A DNA stretch of 64,000 bases from an uncultured Phycisphaerales bacterium (lineage in GTDB: Bacteria; Planctomycetota; Phycisphaerae; Sedimentisphaerales; Anaerobacaceae): the NCBI GenBank assembly GCA_963718665.1, contig OY970359.1, forward strand, positions 2,464,001 through 2,528,000, read 5' to 3'. Positions 37,618 through 47,261 of this stretch are shown piece by piece (positions within the stretch are counted from its first letter, which is position 1; each line of letters opens with the position of its first letter). Position numbers and translations under genes: made by a program. The notes under the pieces are model-generated. The model was given only the letters and a program-made list of their open reading frames with translations. It ran no database searches and had not been told where the DNA came from.

Positions 37618-38312
37618 GCTGGTTGATGGACGTCAGTATGTTTCGCACGGTGGCTGAGGCCGGGTTCGCGGCAGTGGTCGCAGCGATACTGCTGCACTTT
37701 ATCGCATCAAAGCCGAAGTTCGATGACGTCTTCGGCAAAGACAGGGGACTGCGCATACTTGACCCGCTGCGGCTGGTGGTTTTCGTTAAGACGCTCTTCT
37801 TCATCGAGCAGAAATGGAGTTTGGTCGGCGTGCTGAGAAAATTAGTGTTCCTGCTTGCGATTTTATGTTTTGTTGTGCTGGTGATTACGGGTTTTACGCC
37901 GATGATTTTCCTGGGTAAGTCAATAACGGGCTGGTGGCTGATGATTCATGCGACGACTGCGCCGGTTTTCGCGGCTTGTATGGCGATACTCGCTATCCTG
38001 TGGGCGGACAGGAATCGATTAGACAAAAACTACTGGCCTTTGCTTAACAGGATTGTTGGCCGCAATCCGAAAAGCACAGCTGCTCCCGAAAAGCACGAGC
38101 TTAAGCTGCGGATATGCTTCTGGGTGATTTTGACGATGTCGCTGCCGGTGATTCTTAGCGCGGTAGTGAGTATGTTCCCGATTTTCGGTACGCATGGTCA
38201 GGAAGTGCTGCTGCAAATTCATCGTTACAGCACGTTGCTCTTGTCATTATTTGCGATTATATATCTGTATCTTGCGGCGATGACCGAGATGAACAGGACC
38301 GCTGCGAAGTGA
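37614..38312 (+). CDS. Cytochrome b-like (FdnI-type) membrane protein
   Basis: About 5 TM helices with His in or near membrane segments (LLHF, MIHA, QIHR); start overlaps the cytochrome c stop (GTGA). Confidence 0.7.
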   Translation: MSWLMDVSMFRTVAEAGFAAVVAAILLHFIASKPKFDDVFGKDRGLRILDPLRLVVFVKTLFFIEQKWSLVGVLRKLVFLLAILCFVVLVITGFTPMIFLGKSITGWWLMIHATTAPVFAACMAILAILWADRNRLDKNYWPLLNRIVGRNPKSTAAPEKHELKLRICFWVILTMSLPVILSAVVSMFPIFGTHGQEVLLQIHRYSTLLLSLFAIIYLYLAAMTEMNRTAAK

Positions 38313-38391
38313 TTCATTGGCTGGCGCGAATGTCCCCGGCTATGTTTGGCCGGGTTATGCAAATATGAATTTATAGTTAGGAGAACAGATT

Positions 38392-39723
38392 ATGAGTAAC
38401 GGAATGCTGCCAAGTTACCTTGGTATGGCAAAGCCAAACCCTGCCGACAAGCGAGCGCCGTGGTTTAAGGGCACAGCGCCTGTTTACGCGGGCATCTTCC
38501 TGTGGGTCGTCTTTTATATGAAGATAGCCGACGGGACGCTGTCGAAAGCTGGTCTGGGCTTAAGCTTACTCGGGCTGGTTGTTGGCGCCCTGATATGTTA
38601 TTTCCTGTTTTACCTTGTTCCCGGTCTTTTGGGTATGAAGACGGGTTACCCGCTTTACGTTGTCGGCTCATCGACGTATGGCACAGTGGGCGGTTTTTTA
38701 ATGCCCGGGTTGCTGATGGGACTTTTGCAGTTCGGCTGGCTTGCGGTCAATTCAGCCGTATCGACAAGTTTTATCCTCCAGGCATTGGGATACGATGCTT
38801 CGCCTGGAACGACTCCGTTTATCATCGTGTCAATAATCTGGACGGTCCTGGCTGTGTTTGTCGCGCTTAAGGGGATTCAGTATGTCGGCAAGGTCTCGAC
38901 ATTCCTGCCGATTGTTCCGTTGGTTATGATTCTGCTTGTGTTTTTTACCAACGTCGGCTCGGCGGGGAATTTTAAGCCAACACCCGGCGCAGACGCGTCT
39001 GAGGGATTTCTGACGATTATAACCATTGTTGTGGGCTTCTTTGCAACAGCGGGGGCGGCGGGCGTCGATTTCGGGATGGGGAATCGCAACGCGAAAGACG
39101 TTCAATTAGGCGGTGTTGTGGGCATAATGCTGGCGATAATAGTGGCGGGTGGTTTGCCTTTAATAGCCGTAGCAGGCGCCCACGCGGCCAATCCGGCGAT
39201 GACGAGTTTTTCCTTTGACAGCGTTATCAGCGCACAGGGAGGGGCTTTGGCAAAGTCGATGTTCGTACTGTTTGCGATAGCGAGTTTTGCTCCCGCGTGT
39301 TTCAGTACATTTATAGCAGCCAACAGTATCGGCACGATGTTCCCGAAGGCCAATAAGGTCGTTATGGTTTCGATTGGCGGAGTTATTGCGATTATTCTCG
39401 CGGCGACGGGCAAGGCACTGAATCTTGTCGGGGTTTTCAGCATTATCGGCGCGTCATTCGGACCGATTTGCGGCGCGATGGTAGCGGATTATTTCCTGAG
39501 CGGCAAGAAGTGGGCGGGGCCTCGCAAGGGAATCAACATGGCTGGATATATCTCCTGGGCGATTGGATTTGTCGTTGCGATACTGCCGACGATTAACGCC
39601 GAAAAGTTCGGTTTTATCAGTCCGGCCCCGGTGATTGCGTTCTTTATCGGCCTTGTTGTTTACGCGGTTTTAGCCAAGGCGGGTTTACAGCCGGCAGTTG
39701 TTGAGATGACGCAGAACAAGTAG
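38392..39723 (+). CDS. NCS1/cytosine permease-like transporter
   Basis: Many TM helices; GMKTGYPL...YGTVGG, QFGW, GPICGAMVADYF. Confidence 0.8.
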   Translation: MSNGMLPSYLGMAKPNPADKRAPWFKGTAPVYAGIFLWVVFYMKIADGTLSKAGLGLSLLGLVVGALICYFLFYLVPGLLGMKTGYPLYVVGSSTYGTVGGFLMPGLLMGLLQFGWLAVNSAVSTSFILQALGYDASPGTTPFIIVSIIWTVLAVFVALKGIQYVGKVSTFLPIVPLVMILLVFFTNVGSAGNFKPTPGADASEGFLTIITIVVGFFATAGAAGVDFGMGNRNAKDVQLGGVVGIMLAIIVAGGLPLIAVAGAHAANPAMTSFSFDSVISAQGGALAKSMFVLFAIASFAPACFSTFIAANSIGTMFPKANKVVMVSIGGVIAIILAATGKALNLVGVFSIIGASFGPICGAMVADYFLSGKKWAGPRKGINMAGYISWAIGFVVAILPTINAEKFGFISPAPVIAFFIGLVVYAVLAKAGLQPAVVEMTQNK

Positions 39724-39754
39724 CTGTCCGCGATTGTTCTTATGAACTGATTAT

Positions 39755-39796
39755 ACGGCAGGGGCCTTGGACTTAGGGTCTCTGCCGTTTTATTTT
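39755..39796 (+). terminator. Intrinsic terminator
   Basis: acggcaggggccttg/tagggtctctgccgt stem followed by a T-rich tract. Confidence 0.65.
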
Positions 39797-39807
39797 AACG
39801 CTAAAAA

Positions 39808-41097
39808 ATGACTGAAAAATATTACAGATTATCAAGACGGGTTTTTTTGCGGAAAGGATTTGTCGCAGGCGTGGTGTGCGCGTTGCCTGTTATCGTTCCA
39901 TCTTCGGTATTTGGCGAAAACGTGCCGAGCAACAGGATTACAATCGGGATAATCGGCACTGGCAGCCAGGGTATATTGAACCTTAAGGCGTTTTTGCGTA
40001 AGCCGTCTGCACAGGTAACAGCCGTTTGTGATGTTGATTATGCACATCGTGAAGAGGCGAGAAAAATAGGCAAATTGTCCGCAGATTCGTCATATAATGA
40101 TTTTCGCGAATTGCTTGCTCGACAGGACGTTGACGCGGTAGTGGTTTGCACGCCTGACCAGTGGCATGTGCCCATATCAATCGCCGCGGCAAAGGCGGGC
40201 AAAGACATATATTGCGAAAAGCCGCTCGCTTACAACGTTGCCGAAGGCAGGATGTTGTGCGATATCGTAAAACGATACGAGCGTGTTTTACAAACGGGGA
40301 GCCATCAGCGGTCGGATAATAATTTCAGGCAGGCCTGCGAGCTTGTTCGCAACGGCAGAATCGGGAAGCTGCAAACAATCAAAGTCGAAATCCCGGAAAA
40401 CAGCAGGCCCAATCCGCTTACATGGAAAGTTGAGCCGCCGCCGGCGGGTTTGGATTATGACCTGTGGCTGGGGCCCGCACAATACAGGCCTTATATCCAG
40501 CAGGGATGTCATTACAACTGGCATTTTATTTATGATTTCGGATGGGGACAATTGACAAACTGGGGAGCGCACGCGATCGATATCGCTCAGTGGGGTAACG
40601 GCACAGATTTGACCGGCCCTGTGGAGGTCAGCGGGACAGGCGAGTTTCCTAAAGAAGGACTGTTTGAAACGCCGTTGCGTTATGACATAGAATACAAATA
40701 CGCCAATGGGGTTCGCCTGTTATGCACAACGGGCAAAGCAGGAATCCAGGAATCACCTGTCCGCTTTGAGGGGACCGAGGGTTGGATATTTGTAAGCCGG
40801 GAGAGTTTTTTCTCGCAGCCGGCGTCGATTGTTCAGTCAACAACAGGACCGGATGAAGTTCATCTTTATCGCAGCAAAGACCATCATCAGAATTTTCTTG
40901 ATTGTGTTCGGCTGCGGACAAAGCCGGCTGCGGACGTCGAAACAGGACATCGTTCAGCCACGGTTTGTCACTTAGGCGGTATCGCAGTTCGGCTCGGCAG
41001 GAAACTGCGGTGGGACCCGGCAGGAGAACACTTTATAAATGACGCTGAAGCGGATAAAATGCTGGCCCGGCCGATGAGGTCGCCGTGGTGTTTGTGA
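39808..41097 (+). CDS. Tat-exported Gfo/Idh/MocA oxidoreductase
   Basis: SRRVFLR, IGTGSQG, TPDQWH, CEKPL, QTGSHQRS. Confidence 0.93.
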   Translation: MTEKYYRLSRRVFLRKGFVAGVVCALPVIVPSSVFGENVPSNRITIGIIGTGSQGILNLKAFLRKPSAQVTAVCDVDYAHREEARKIGKLSADSSYNDFRELLARQDVDAVVVCTPDQWHVPISIAAAKAGKDIYCEKPLAYNVAEGRMLCDIVKRYERVLQTGSHQRSDNNFRQACELVRNGRIGKLQTIKVEIPENSRPNPLTWKVEPPPAGLDYDLWLGPAQYRPYIQQGCHYNWHFIYDFGWGQLTNWGAHAIDIAQWGNGTDLTGPVEVSGTGEFPKEGLFETPLRYDIEYKYANGVRLLCTTGKAGIQESPVRFEGTEGWIFVSRESFFSQPASIVQSTTGPDEVHLYRSKDHHQNFLDCVRLRTKPAADVETGHRSATVCHLGGIAVRLGRKLRWDPAGEHFINDAEADKMLARPMRSPWCL

Positions 41098-41126
41098 AAT
41101 AATAATAGTTGTGAAGGAGTGAATTG

Positions 41127-42611
41127 ATGGCATTATTATTCGGTTATGATATTGGCAGCTCGTCGATAAAGGCGACGCTGATGGAAGCGGAATCAGGCAA
41201 AGTACTCGCGTCGGCGACAGTGCCGGACAGGGAGATGGAAATCATCGCGAAAAAGCCCGGCTGGGCGGAACAGCACCCGCAAACCTGGTGGGATAATGTC
41301 GTTGCTGCCACACAAAAGATAAAAGCGCAGACCAATTTCGCCGCGGGAGACGTCAGGGCAATCGGAATATCGTACCAGATGCACGGTCTGGTGGTTATTG
41401 ACGCCAAACACGAGGTTCTCAGGCCCGCGATAATCTGGTGCGACAGCAGAGCGGTCGAAATCGGAAAAAAGGCGATGAAAAGTATCGGTGAGAAAAAATG
41501 CCTGACGCATCTTTTGAATTCCCCCGGTAACTTCACCGCGTCAAAACTCAAATGGGTCAAAGACAACGAGCCGAAGATTTACGCGAAGATTTATAAGATG
41601 ATGCTCCCCGGCGATTATATTGCGATGAAGATGACCGGCGAAGTCAAGACCACGCCATCTGGGCTTTCGGAAGGCATAATGTGGGACTTCAAGGAGGAAG
41701 GGCCGGCACAGCTTGTTTGCGGACAATATGGTATTTCGCAAAATCTTGTCGCGGAGGCGATGCCGACGTTTTCGGTTCAGGGGCATCTTACGAAGGAATC
41801 AGCCAATTTGCTGGGATTGAAGGCGGGCACTATTGTTTCTTACAGGGCGGGCGACCAGCCGAATAACGCGCTATCACTGAATGTTCTCAATCCCGGTGAG
41901 ATAGCGGCTACCGCGGGGACATCGGGAGTTGTGTATGGAATCACCGCCAAGGCGAAATACGACGCCAAATCGAGGGTCAATACGTTTGTTCACGTCAATC
42001 ACAGCGCGGACAAGCCAAGATACGGCGTGCTGCTTTGCGTAAACGGCACGGGAATACTTAATAGCTGGCTAAAGCACAACACGGGGGCGATTGATTATCC
42101 TGAAATGAACGCTCTTGCGGAAAAAGTTCCGGTCGGCTCTGATGGTCTTGTGATTTTGCCTTATGGCAACGGCGCGGAGCGGACTCTCGAAAACAAAAAT
42201 CTCGGTGCTTCGATACACGGCCTGAATTTCAATATTCACAACAAGTCGCATTTGCTGCGGGCCGGGCAGGAGGGAATTGTCTTTGCACTAAATTACGGGC
42301 TTGAGATTATGAGAGGTGCGGGCGTTGAGGTGCGGACGGTCAGGGCGGGTTGCGCAAATATGTTCCTTAGCCCTATTTTTGCCGAGGCGTTTGCGACGGT
42401 TACAAAGTCGGTTGTGGAATTGTATAACACCGACGGTTCACAGGGGGCCGCACGCGGGGCTGGAATCGGCGCCGGGTTATACAGAGACGCCAAAGACGCG
42501 TTCGCGGGCCTGAAACCTGTAAAGAAAATAGAGCCAAATAAGAAATTGACAGCAGCATACGAAAACGCTTATAAGAAATGGTTTGGGATTCTAAAACAGC
42601 AGTTACAGTAA
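41127..42611 (+). CDS. xylB: Xylulokinase (FGGY family)
   Basis: GYDIGSSS, GISYQMHGLV, IIWCDSR, PGNFTASKL, RAGDQPNNA, GTSGV. Confidence 0.88.
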   Translation: MALLFGYDIGSSSIKATLMEAESGKVLASATVPDREMEIIAKKPGWAEQHPQTWWDNVVAATQKIKAQTNFAAGDVRAIGISYQMHGLVVIDAKHEVLRPAIIWCDSRAVEIGKKAMKSIGEKKCLTHLLNSPGNFTASKLKWVKDNEPKIYAKIYKMMLPGDYIAMKMTGEVKTTPSGLSEGIMWDFKEEGPAQLVCGQYGISQNLVAEAMPTFSVQGHLTKESANLLGLKAGTIVSYRAGDQPNNALSLNVLNPGEIAATAGTSGVVYGITAKAKYDAKSRVNTFVHVNHSADKPRYGVLLCVNGTGILNSWLKHNTGAIDYPEMNALAEKVPVGSDGLVILPYGNGAERTLENKNLGASIHGLNFNIHNKSHLLRAGQEGIVFALNYGLEIMRGAGVEVRTVRAGCANMFLSPIFAEAFATVTKSVVELYNTDGSQGAARGAGIGAGLYRDAKDAFAGLKPVKKIEPNKKLTAAYENAYKKWFGILKQQLQ

Positions 42612-42646
42612 AAATATGACAGACAATCTAATAAGGAGCAGGTGAA

Positions 42647-43807
42647 ATGGCTGAGACACGAAGCGAAGTGAAGAGCCCCGAAGGGAAATCATTACACAGT
42701 ATATGCAGATGGACGTTTAATGCGGGTAAGGGCGGTTTTGTGCCTGGTGATATGAGGCCGGAATGGGGCGGGTCATTCGGCACGCCTGAAATGATTGAGT
42801 TGACGGCTAAAAAGGTCAGGCCGCGACTGCCGAAAAATGTCGAGTTGGCTATCGAGATGCACGTTGACGCTGAGGTTGATGAAAACAACGCCGAGGCCGT
42901 GGCGGATGCGCTTATTAGCAATAAATTGTATCTGGCGATGATAACGCCCGGCGCTCACAGCCACTTCGCTTATGGCGGCATAGCGTCGCTGGACCCAAAT
43001 GAGCGTAAGGCCGCTGAGGAACTGGGGACAAGAACCGTTGACCTTGCTTACGGGACACTGAGGAAGGCCTGGCATCCTGATATCAAAAAGGCGCCGTCGT
43101 TTGTGATTTGGAACGGCTCGTTTGGATACGATATCGCGACTGTGGGCGTTAAGCAGATGTATCAGAACCTCAAGGAAAGCGTCGCGGGGCTTTGCAAGTA
43201 CGAGCAGAAAAAGGGCGGCAATCTGCATATCGGATTTGAGCCGAAGCCAAACGAGGGGCACCCGGCGATGCTGATACCGACGGTGGCAAGCGCGATATTG
43301 TTCTGGAGGAGAATCGAGGAGGAATTCGGCGTACCGAGAAAGAACAAGGGCGTCAACAAGGAATTCGGCCATTCGGAAATGATTGGGCTGGACCACGTTT
43401 ACGACAGTGTTGAGGAGCTTGATAACGGTATGATGGTGCATATGCACCTTAACAGCCAGGGTTACAACGACGGGATAATTCTCGGCGGGCCTGGTAAGTA
43501 TGATATCGACCACGGCGCGAGAATCAACGGTATGAATATCGCGATTGCGGGGCTTATTCAGCAGGCGGGATATGCCCGTTGGAAGGGCCACGATATGCAG
43601 ACCCGTGCGTATGACAACGCTGAGCAGGGAATCGACAGGGTTATCAGAAGCGTATTGAGCTGGGAGGCGTGCGAAAAGGCCGCCAAAGGACTGAATACAA
43701 AGGCGTTGATGGCTTTACTTGCCAAACGCGAGACCGCAAAGGCCGAGGATATGATGCGTGCCGCGGTTGTGGCCGCCCAGAAGTATTTTGATGAGATGTA
43801 CAAGTAG
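42647..43807 (+). CDS. Divergent xylose isomerase-family enzyme
   Basis: IWNG, FEPKPNEG, NKEFGH, HMHLN, KYDID; adjacent to xylB. Confidence 0.8.
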   Translation: MAETRSEVKSPEGKSLHSICRWTFNAGKGGFVPGDMRPEWGGSFGTPEMIELTAKKVRPRLPKNVELAIEMHVDAEVDENNAEAVADALISNKLYLAMITPGAHSHFAYGGIASLDPNERKAAEELGTRTVDLAYGTLRKAWHPDIKKAPSFVIWNGSFGYDIATVGVKQMYQNLKESVAGLCKYEQKKGGNLHIGFEPKPNEGHPAMLIPTVASAILFWRRIEEEFGVPRKNKGVNKEFGHSEMIGLDHVYDSVEELDNGMMVHMHLNSQGYNDGIILGGPGKYDIDHGARINGMNIAIAGLIQQAGYARWKGHDMQTRAYDNAEQGIDRVIRSVLSWEACEKAAKGLNTKALMALLAKRETAKAEDMMRAAVVAAQKYFDEMYK

Positions 43808-43824
43808 CCGAAGCCCGGTTGCGA

Positions 43825-43853
43825 TTGACAAGACGCTGCTGAATCAATAAAAT
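43825..43853 (+). promoter_or_regulatory. sigma70 promoter
   Basis: TTGACA-17-TAAAAT. Confidence 0.7.
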
Positions 43854-43918
43854 GAATAAACCCTTTTATTGGTTTTGTGGGTGGTTTGACTAATTTTAAC
43901 GAAGGAGATATACGCAAA

Positions 43919-44671
43919 ATGGCACGCAAAAGCATTCGCATAACAGCAAGTATAGCGTTGGTAATACTTTTGGGATTAGTTGCCGCGGCAACACTGAAAG
44001 CTGGGCCCAAATCCGCCGACGGCAATGCCCCGGCAACGGATACCAATGTCGTCGAGTCAAAGCCCGCCAGCGATTTAGTGCCTATACCGCTGGTTTTGCC
44101 CAAGCCGCAGTTTGTGGGTACGCCGCAGAATTTTCAGGGCATCGCGAATCTCGAAAAGCCGATAGGTAAACCCAGGGAGCCGTTTTACGCCCCAAAGGGG
44201 ACGACAAATGTTGCTTTTAAGAAGCCGGTGAAAAGCTCGGATGAGCAGCCGATTATCGGCGAAATCGAGATGATTACCGACGGGGACAAAGAAGCGACAG
44301 ACGGCAGCTACGTCGAATTAGGCCCGTTAAAACAAAATATAACCATCGACCTTGGGGCGTCATACAATATCTATGCCGTTGTAGTGTGGCATTATCACAA
44401 GCAGGCCCGTGTTTATAAGGACGTGATTGTGCAGGTCGCCGGCGACCCAGATTTTATTAAGAACGTCCAGACTATTTTCAACAATGACACGGACAACACA
44501 ATGGGCCTCGGCGCCGGCAAAGACAGGAATTATGTCGAGACATCCGAGGGCAAGCTCATCGACGCCAAAGGCGTGGTGGGCCGGTATGTTAGGTGTTACA
44601 GCAATGGCAACAGCGCTAACGACCTGAATAATTATATTGAGGTCGAGGTTTACGGAACGCCTGCGAAATGA
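43919..44671 (+). CDS. Secreted discoidin (F5/8 type C, galactose-binding-like) domain protein
   Basis: Signal peptide; NVAFKKPV, ITDGD, ITIDLG, GRYVRCY, YIEVEVYG. Confidence 0.8.
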   Translation: MARKSIRITASIALVILLGLVAAATLKAGPKSADGNAPATDTNVVESKPASDLVPIPLVLPKPQFVGTPQNFQGIANLEKPIGKPREPFYAPKGTTNVAFKKPVKSSDEQPIIGEIEMITDGDKEATDGSYVELGPLKQNITIDLGASYNIYAVVVWHYHKQARVYKDVIVQVAGDPDFIKNVQTIFNNDTDNTMGLGAGKDRNYVETSEGKLIDAKGVVGRYVRCYSNGNSANDLNNYIEVEVYGTPAK

Positions 44672-44676
44672 AGTAG

Positions 44677-46257
44677 ATGAGATACTGGCTTGCAGTATCA
44701 GCCGTTCTGATTTTGGCCGCAGCATTGCGGATTTCCCGTTTGGATATCCGCCCGATGCACGGCGATGAAGCGGTCCACGCTTACCGATTCGGGCAGCTTC
44801 TCGAGGCAAACAACTATCGCTACGACCCGACCGAATTCCACGGGCCGACGCTGAATTATTTTACGCTGGTTTCCGCGTTGCTTTCCGGCCAGCATACCTA
44901 CGCTTCACTTACAGAAATAACGCTGCGAATTGTGCCGGTATTTTTCGGACTGATTTTAGTCCTGATGCCTTTGTTGCTGATGGATGGTCTTGGCAGACCT
45001 GTCGCGGTGGTTGCCGCTGCGCTTACGGCGATTTCGCCCGCGTTTGTTTTTTACAGCCGATATTATATCCCGGAAATGCTGCTTGTTTGTTTTACTTTCG
45101 GGATGATTGTATCGGGATACAGGTATGCTCGCAGCCCAAAGTGGATATGGGCGCTGCGGACGGGGGTATTTGCGGCGTTGTGCTTTGCCACAAAAGAAAC
45201 GTCCGTCATTGCTTTTGGTGCGGTTATAGTTGCTTTGGCGATTGCGCTGTTGACTCGCAAAGACGGCAGGGCGACGCTTAATCTGGTGCGCCCCGGTCAT
45301 TTGGTTTTGGCGATTATTGGTGCGATAGTTGTATGGGGATTATTTTATTCTTCCTTTTTCAAAAATCCGGCCGGATTGCTCGATTCATTCAGAACCTACA
45401 CCATATATTTTGAGCGAGCGGGTCATAATCAGCTTCATATTTATCCGTGGTATTATTATTTGCAGTTGCTGATTTATAGTAAGGCCGGGATGGGGCCGCC
45501 GTGGACTGAAGGGTTTATAGTGGTAATGGCTTTAGTAGGCCTGTTAGTTATTATAAGCAGGCGGGGCGTATCCGGCCTCGATTCAAACCTGCTTAAATTT
45601 ATTGCCTGTTACACTGTGATAATGACCGTCGTTTATTCGGCGATACCCTATAAGACACCGTGGTGCCTGCTGAGTTTTTATCAGGGTATGATTCTGCTGG
45701 CGGCGGTTGCCGTTGTCGCGGTAGTTAATTCGCTTGGGCGGGTGTTGTCTCGAATAATAATAGTCCTGTTTTTTCTGGTGTTCGCAACGGACCTGTGCTT
45801 AGAGGCGTTTCTGGCGAGCCGTGTTTATGACGTTAATGCCGGCAATCCTTATGTATATGCTCACCCGACAAAAGACGTGCTGACAATCGCCCGGCGAGTC
45901 GGGGAAGTTTCACGAGCGTATCCGGCGGGGGTCGATATGCCGGTACTGGTGGTTTGTCCCGATGGTGATTATTGGCCGTTGCCGTGGTATCTGCGCTCAT
46001 TCAAAAACGTGGGCTATTATAATGATGTTAACGAGATTAGCACGCCTGCGCCGGTCGTAATCGCATCCGCCGGTTTTCAGGAGCGGCTTATAGGTCGATT
46101 GTTTGATATTGCACCGGCGGGGCAGAAAAATCTTTATGTCCCCCTGTTCGATAAAGGTATTGAGCTTAGGCCTCAGGTCGAGCTTCGCGGCTACGTAACA
46201 AAAGACCTCTGGGACCAATGGCAATCGAGCAAATCCGATAATCAGGTCGTCAAATGA
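44677..46257 (+). CDS. PMT/GT39-like membrane glycosyltransferase (TIGR03663/Agl23-like)
   Basis: RPMHGDEAV, YRYDPTEFHGP, FYSRYYIPE, ATKET, YKTPW, YWPLPWYLR; many TM segments. Confidence 0.82.
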   Translation: MRYWLAVSAVLILAAALRISRLDIRPMHGDEAVHAYRFGQLLEANNYRYDPTEFHGPTLNYFTLVSALLSGQHTYASLTEITLRIVPVFFGLILVLMPLLLMDGLGRPVAVVAAALTAISPAFVFYSRYYIPEMLLVCFTFGMIVSGYRYARSPKWIWALRTGVFAALCFATKETSVIAFGAVIVALAIALLTRKDGRATLNLVRPGHLVLAIIGAIVVWGLFYSSFFKNPAGLLDSFRTYTIYFERAGHNQLHIYPWYYYLQLLIYSKAGMGPPWTEGFIVVMALVGLLVIISRRGVSGLDSNLLKFIACYTVIMTVVYSAIPYKTPWCLLSFYQGMILLAAVAVVAVVNSLGRVLSRIIIVLFFLVFATDLCLEAFLASRVYDVNAGNPYVYAHPTKDVLTIARRVGEVSRAYPAGVDMPVLVVCPDGDYWPLPWYLRSFKNVGYYNDVNEISTPAPVVIASAGFQERLIGRLFDIAPAGQKNLYVPLFDKGIELRPQVELRGYVTKDLWDQWQSSKSDNQVVK

Positions 46258-46266
46258 GAGCAAGTT

Positions 46267-47247
46267 ATGGCTGAGCAGCAACCTGATACAATCTCGTTTG
46301 AAAAAGACCGGTGCGGAATCGCCAATCTCAGCTCGTTTAAACATAACGCAATGGCGGCGACGTTCGAGATATTCATAGTTCATCGAGATGCAGTTTACGC
46401 TGAGCAGGCCGCGTGGGCGGCGTTTGAAGAGCTTGACCGCATCGAAAACAATCTCAGCCGATTTATGGATAACAGCGACGTTTCGCGAATTAACTCTCTC
46501 GCCGCAAATCAGCCGCTGCAACTCGGCCCGACGGCTTTCGAATGTCTGGCGACAAGTATTGAGTTGTCTATACAAACAAAAGGGGCTTTTGATATTACAA
46601 TCGGCCCATTGTATGACTGCTGGCTCGATAAAGACCGGACGCCTCGTAATCCGTCGAAAAAGGATATTGAGGCCGCACTTAAAAAAATGGGCAACAATCT
46701 GCTTGTGCTTAACGAGACCGAACATACCGTTACCTTAAGAAGCGATGATGTCAGAATTGATTTCGGCGCGGTCGGCAAAGGTTACGCCGCGGACAAAATC
46801 GCACAGTTACTTGGCGAGTGGGGGATAAAGGTCGCTCTTATTTCAGCGGGACAAAGCACGATTTTGCCTGTTGGCGTCCCGGATGGTTTAGCGGGCTGGC
46901 CTATATCGTTGTCAGACCCGGCGGATTACAGCCGACTCATTGCGAAGATTAATTTGGCGGGCAGGGCGATTAGCGCATCTGGGCTGCGCAAGGGACAACA
47001 CATAATAAATCCGCGTTCAGGAAAACCGGTTACGAGGCCTGGCGCGTGGTCAATGGCAAAGACGGCTGCCGAGGCGGACGCTCTCTCGACAGCTTTTATG
47101 GTGATGCCGGCTAACGCGGTGCAATCTTTTTGCGAGAAGCACCGTGATGCCTCTGCTCTGCTGGCTTTATCAGGTAAAAGCAAAAAGACGGGTGGTCGAA
47201 TCCTGCGTTTCGGGCGATGGGGAAGGGCGAATTTTTACTCGAAGTAA
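46267..47247 (+). CDS. apbE: FAD:protein FMN transferase
   Basis: AMAATF, SDVSRIN, GAFDITIGPL, DFGAVGKGYAAD, HIINPRSG, ADALSTA. Confidence 0.92.
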   Translation: MAEQQPDTISFEKDRCGIANLSSFKHNAMAATFEIFIVHRDAVYAEQAAWAAFEELDRIENNLSRFMDNSDVSRINSLAANQPLQLGPTAFECLATSIELSIQTKGAFDITIGPLYDCWLDKDRTPRNPSKKDIEAALKKMGNNLLVLNETEHTVTLRSDDVRIDFGAVGKGYAADKIAQLLGEWGIKVALISAGQSTILPVGVPDGLAGWPISLSDPADYSRLIAKINLAGRAISASGLRKGQHIINPRSGKPVTRPGAWSMAKTAAEADALSTAFMVMPANAVQSFCEKHRDASALLALSGKSKKTGGRILRFGRWGRANFYSK

Positions 47248-47261
47248 TGCGGGATATTTGT

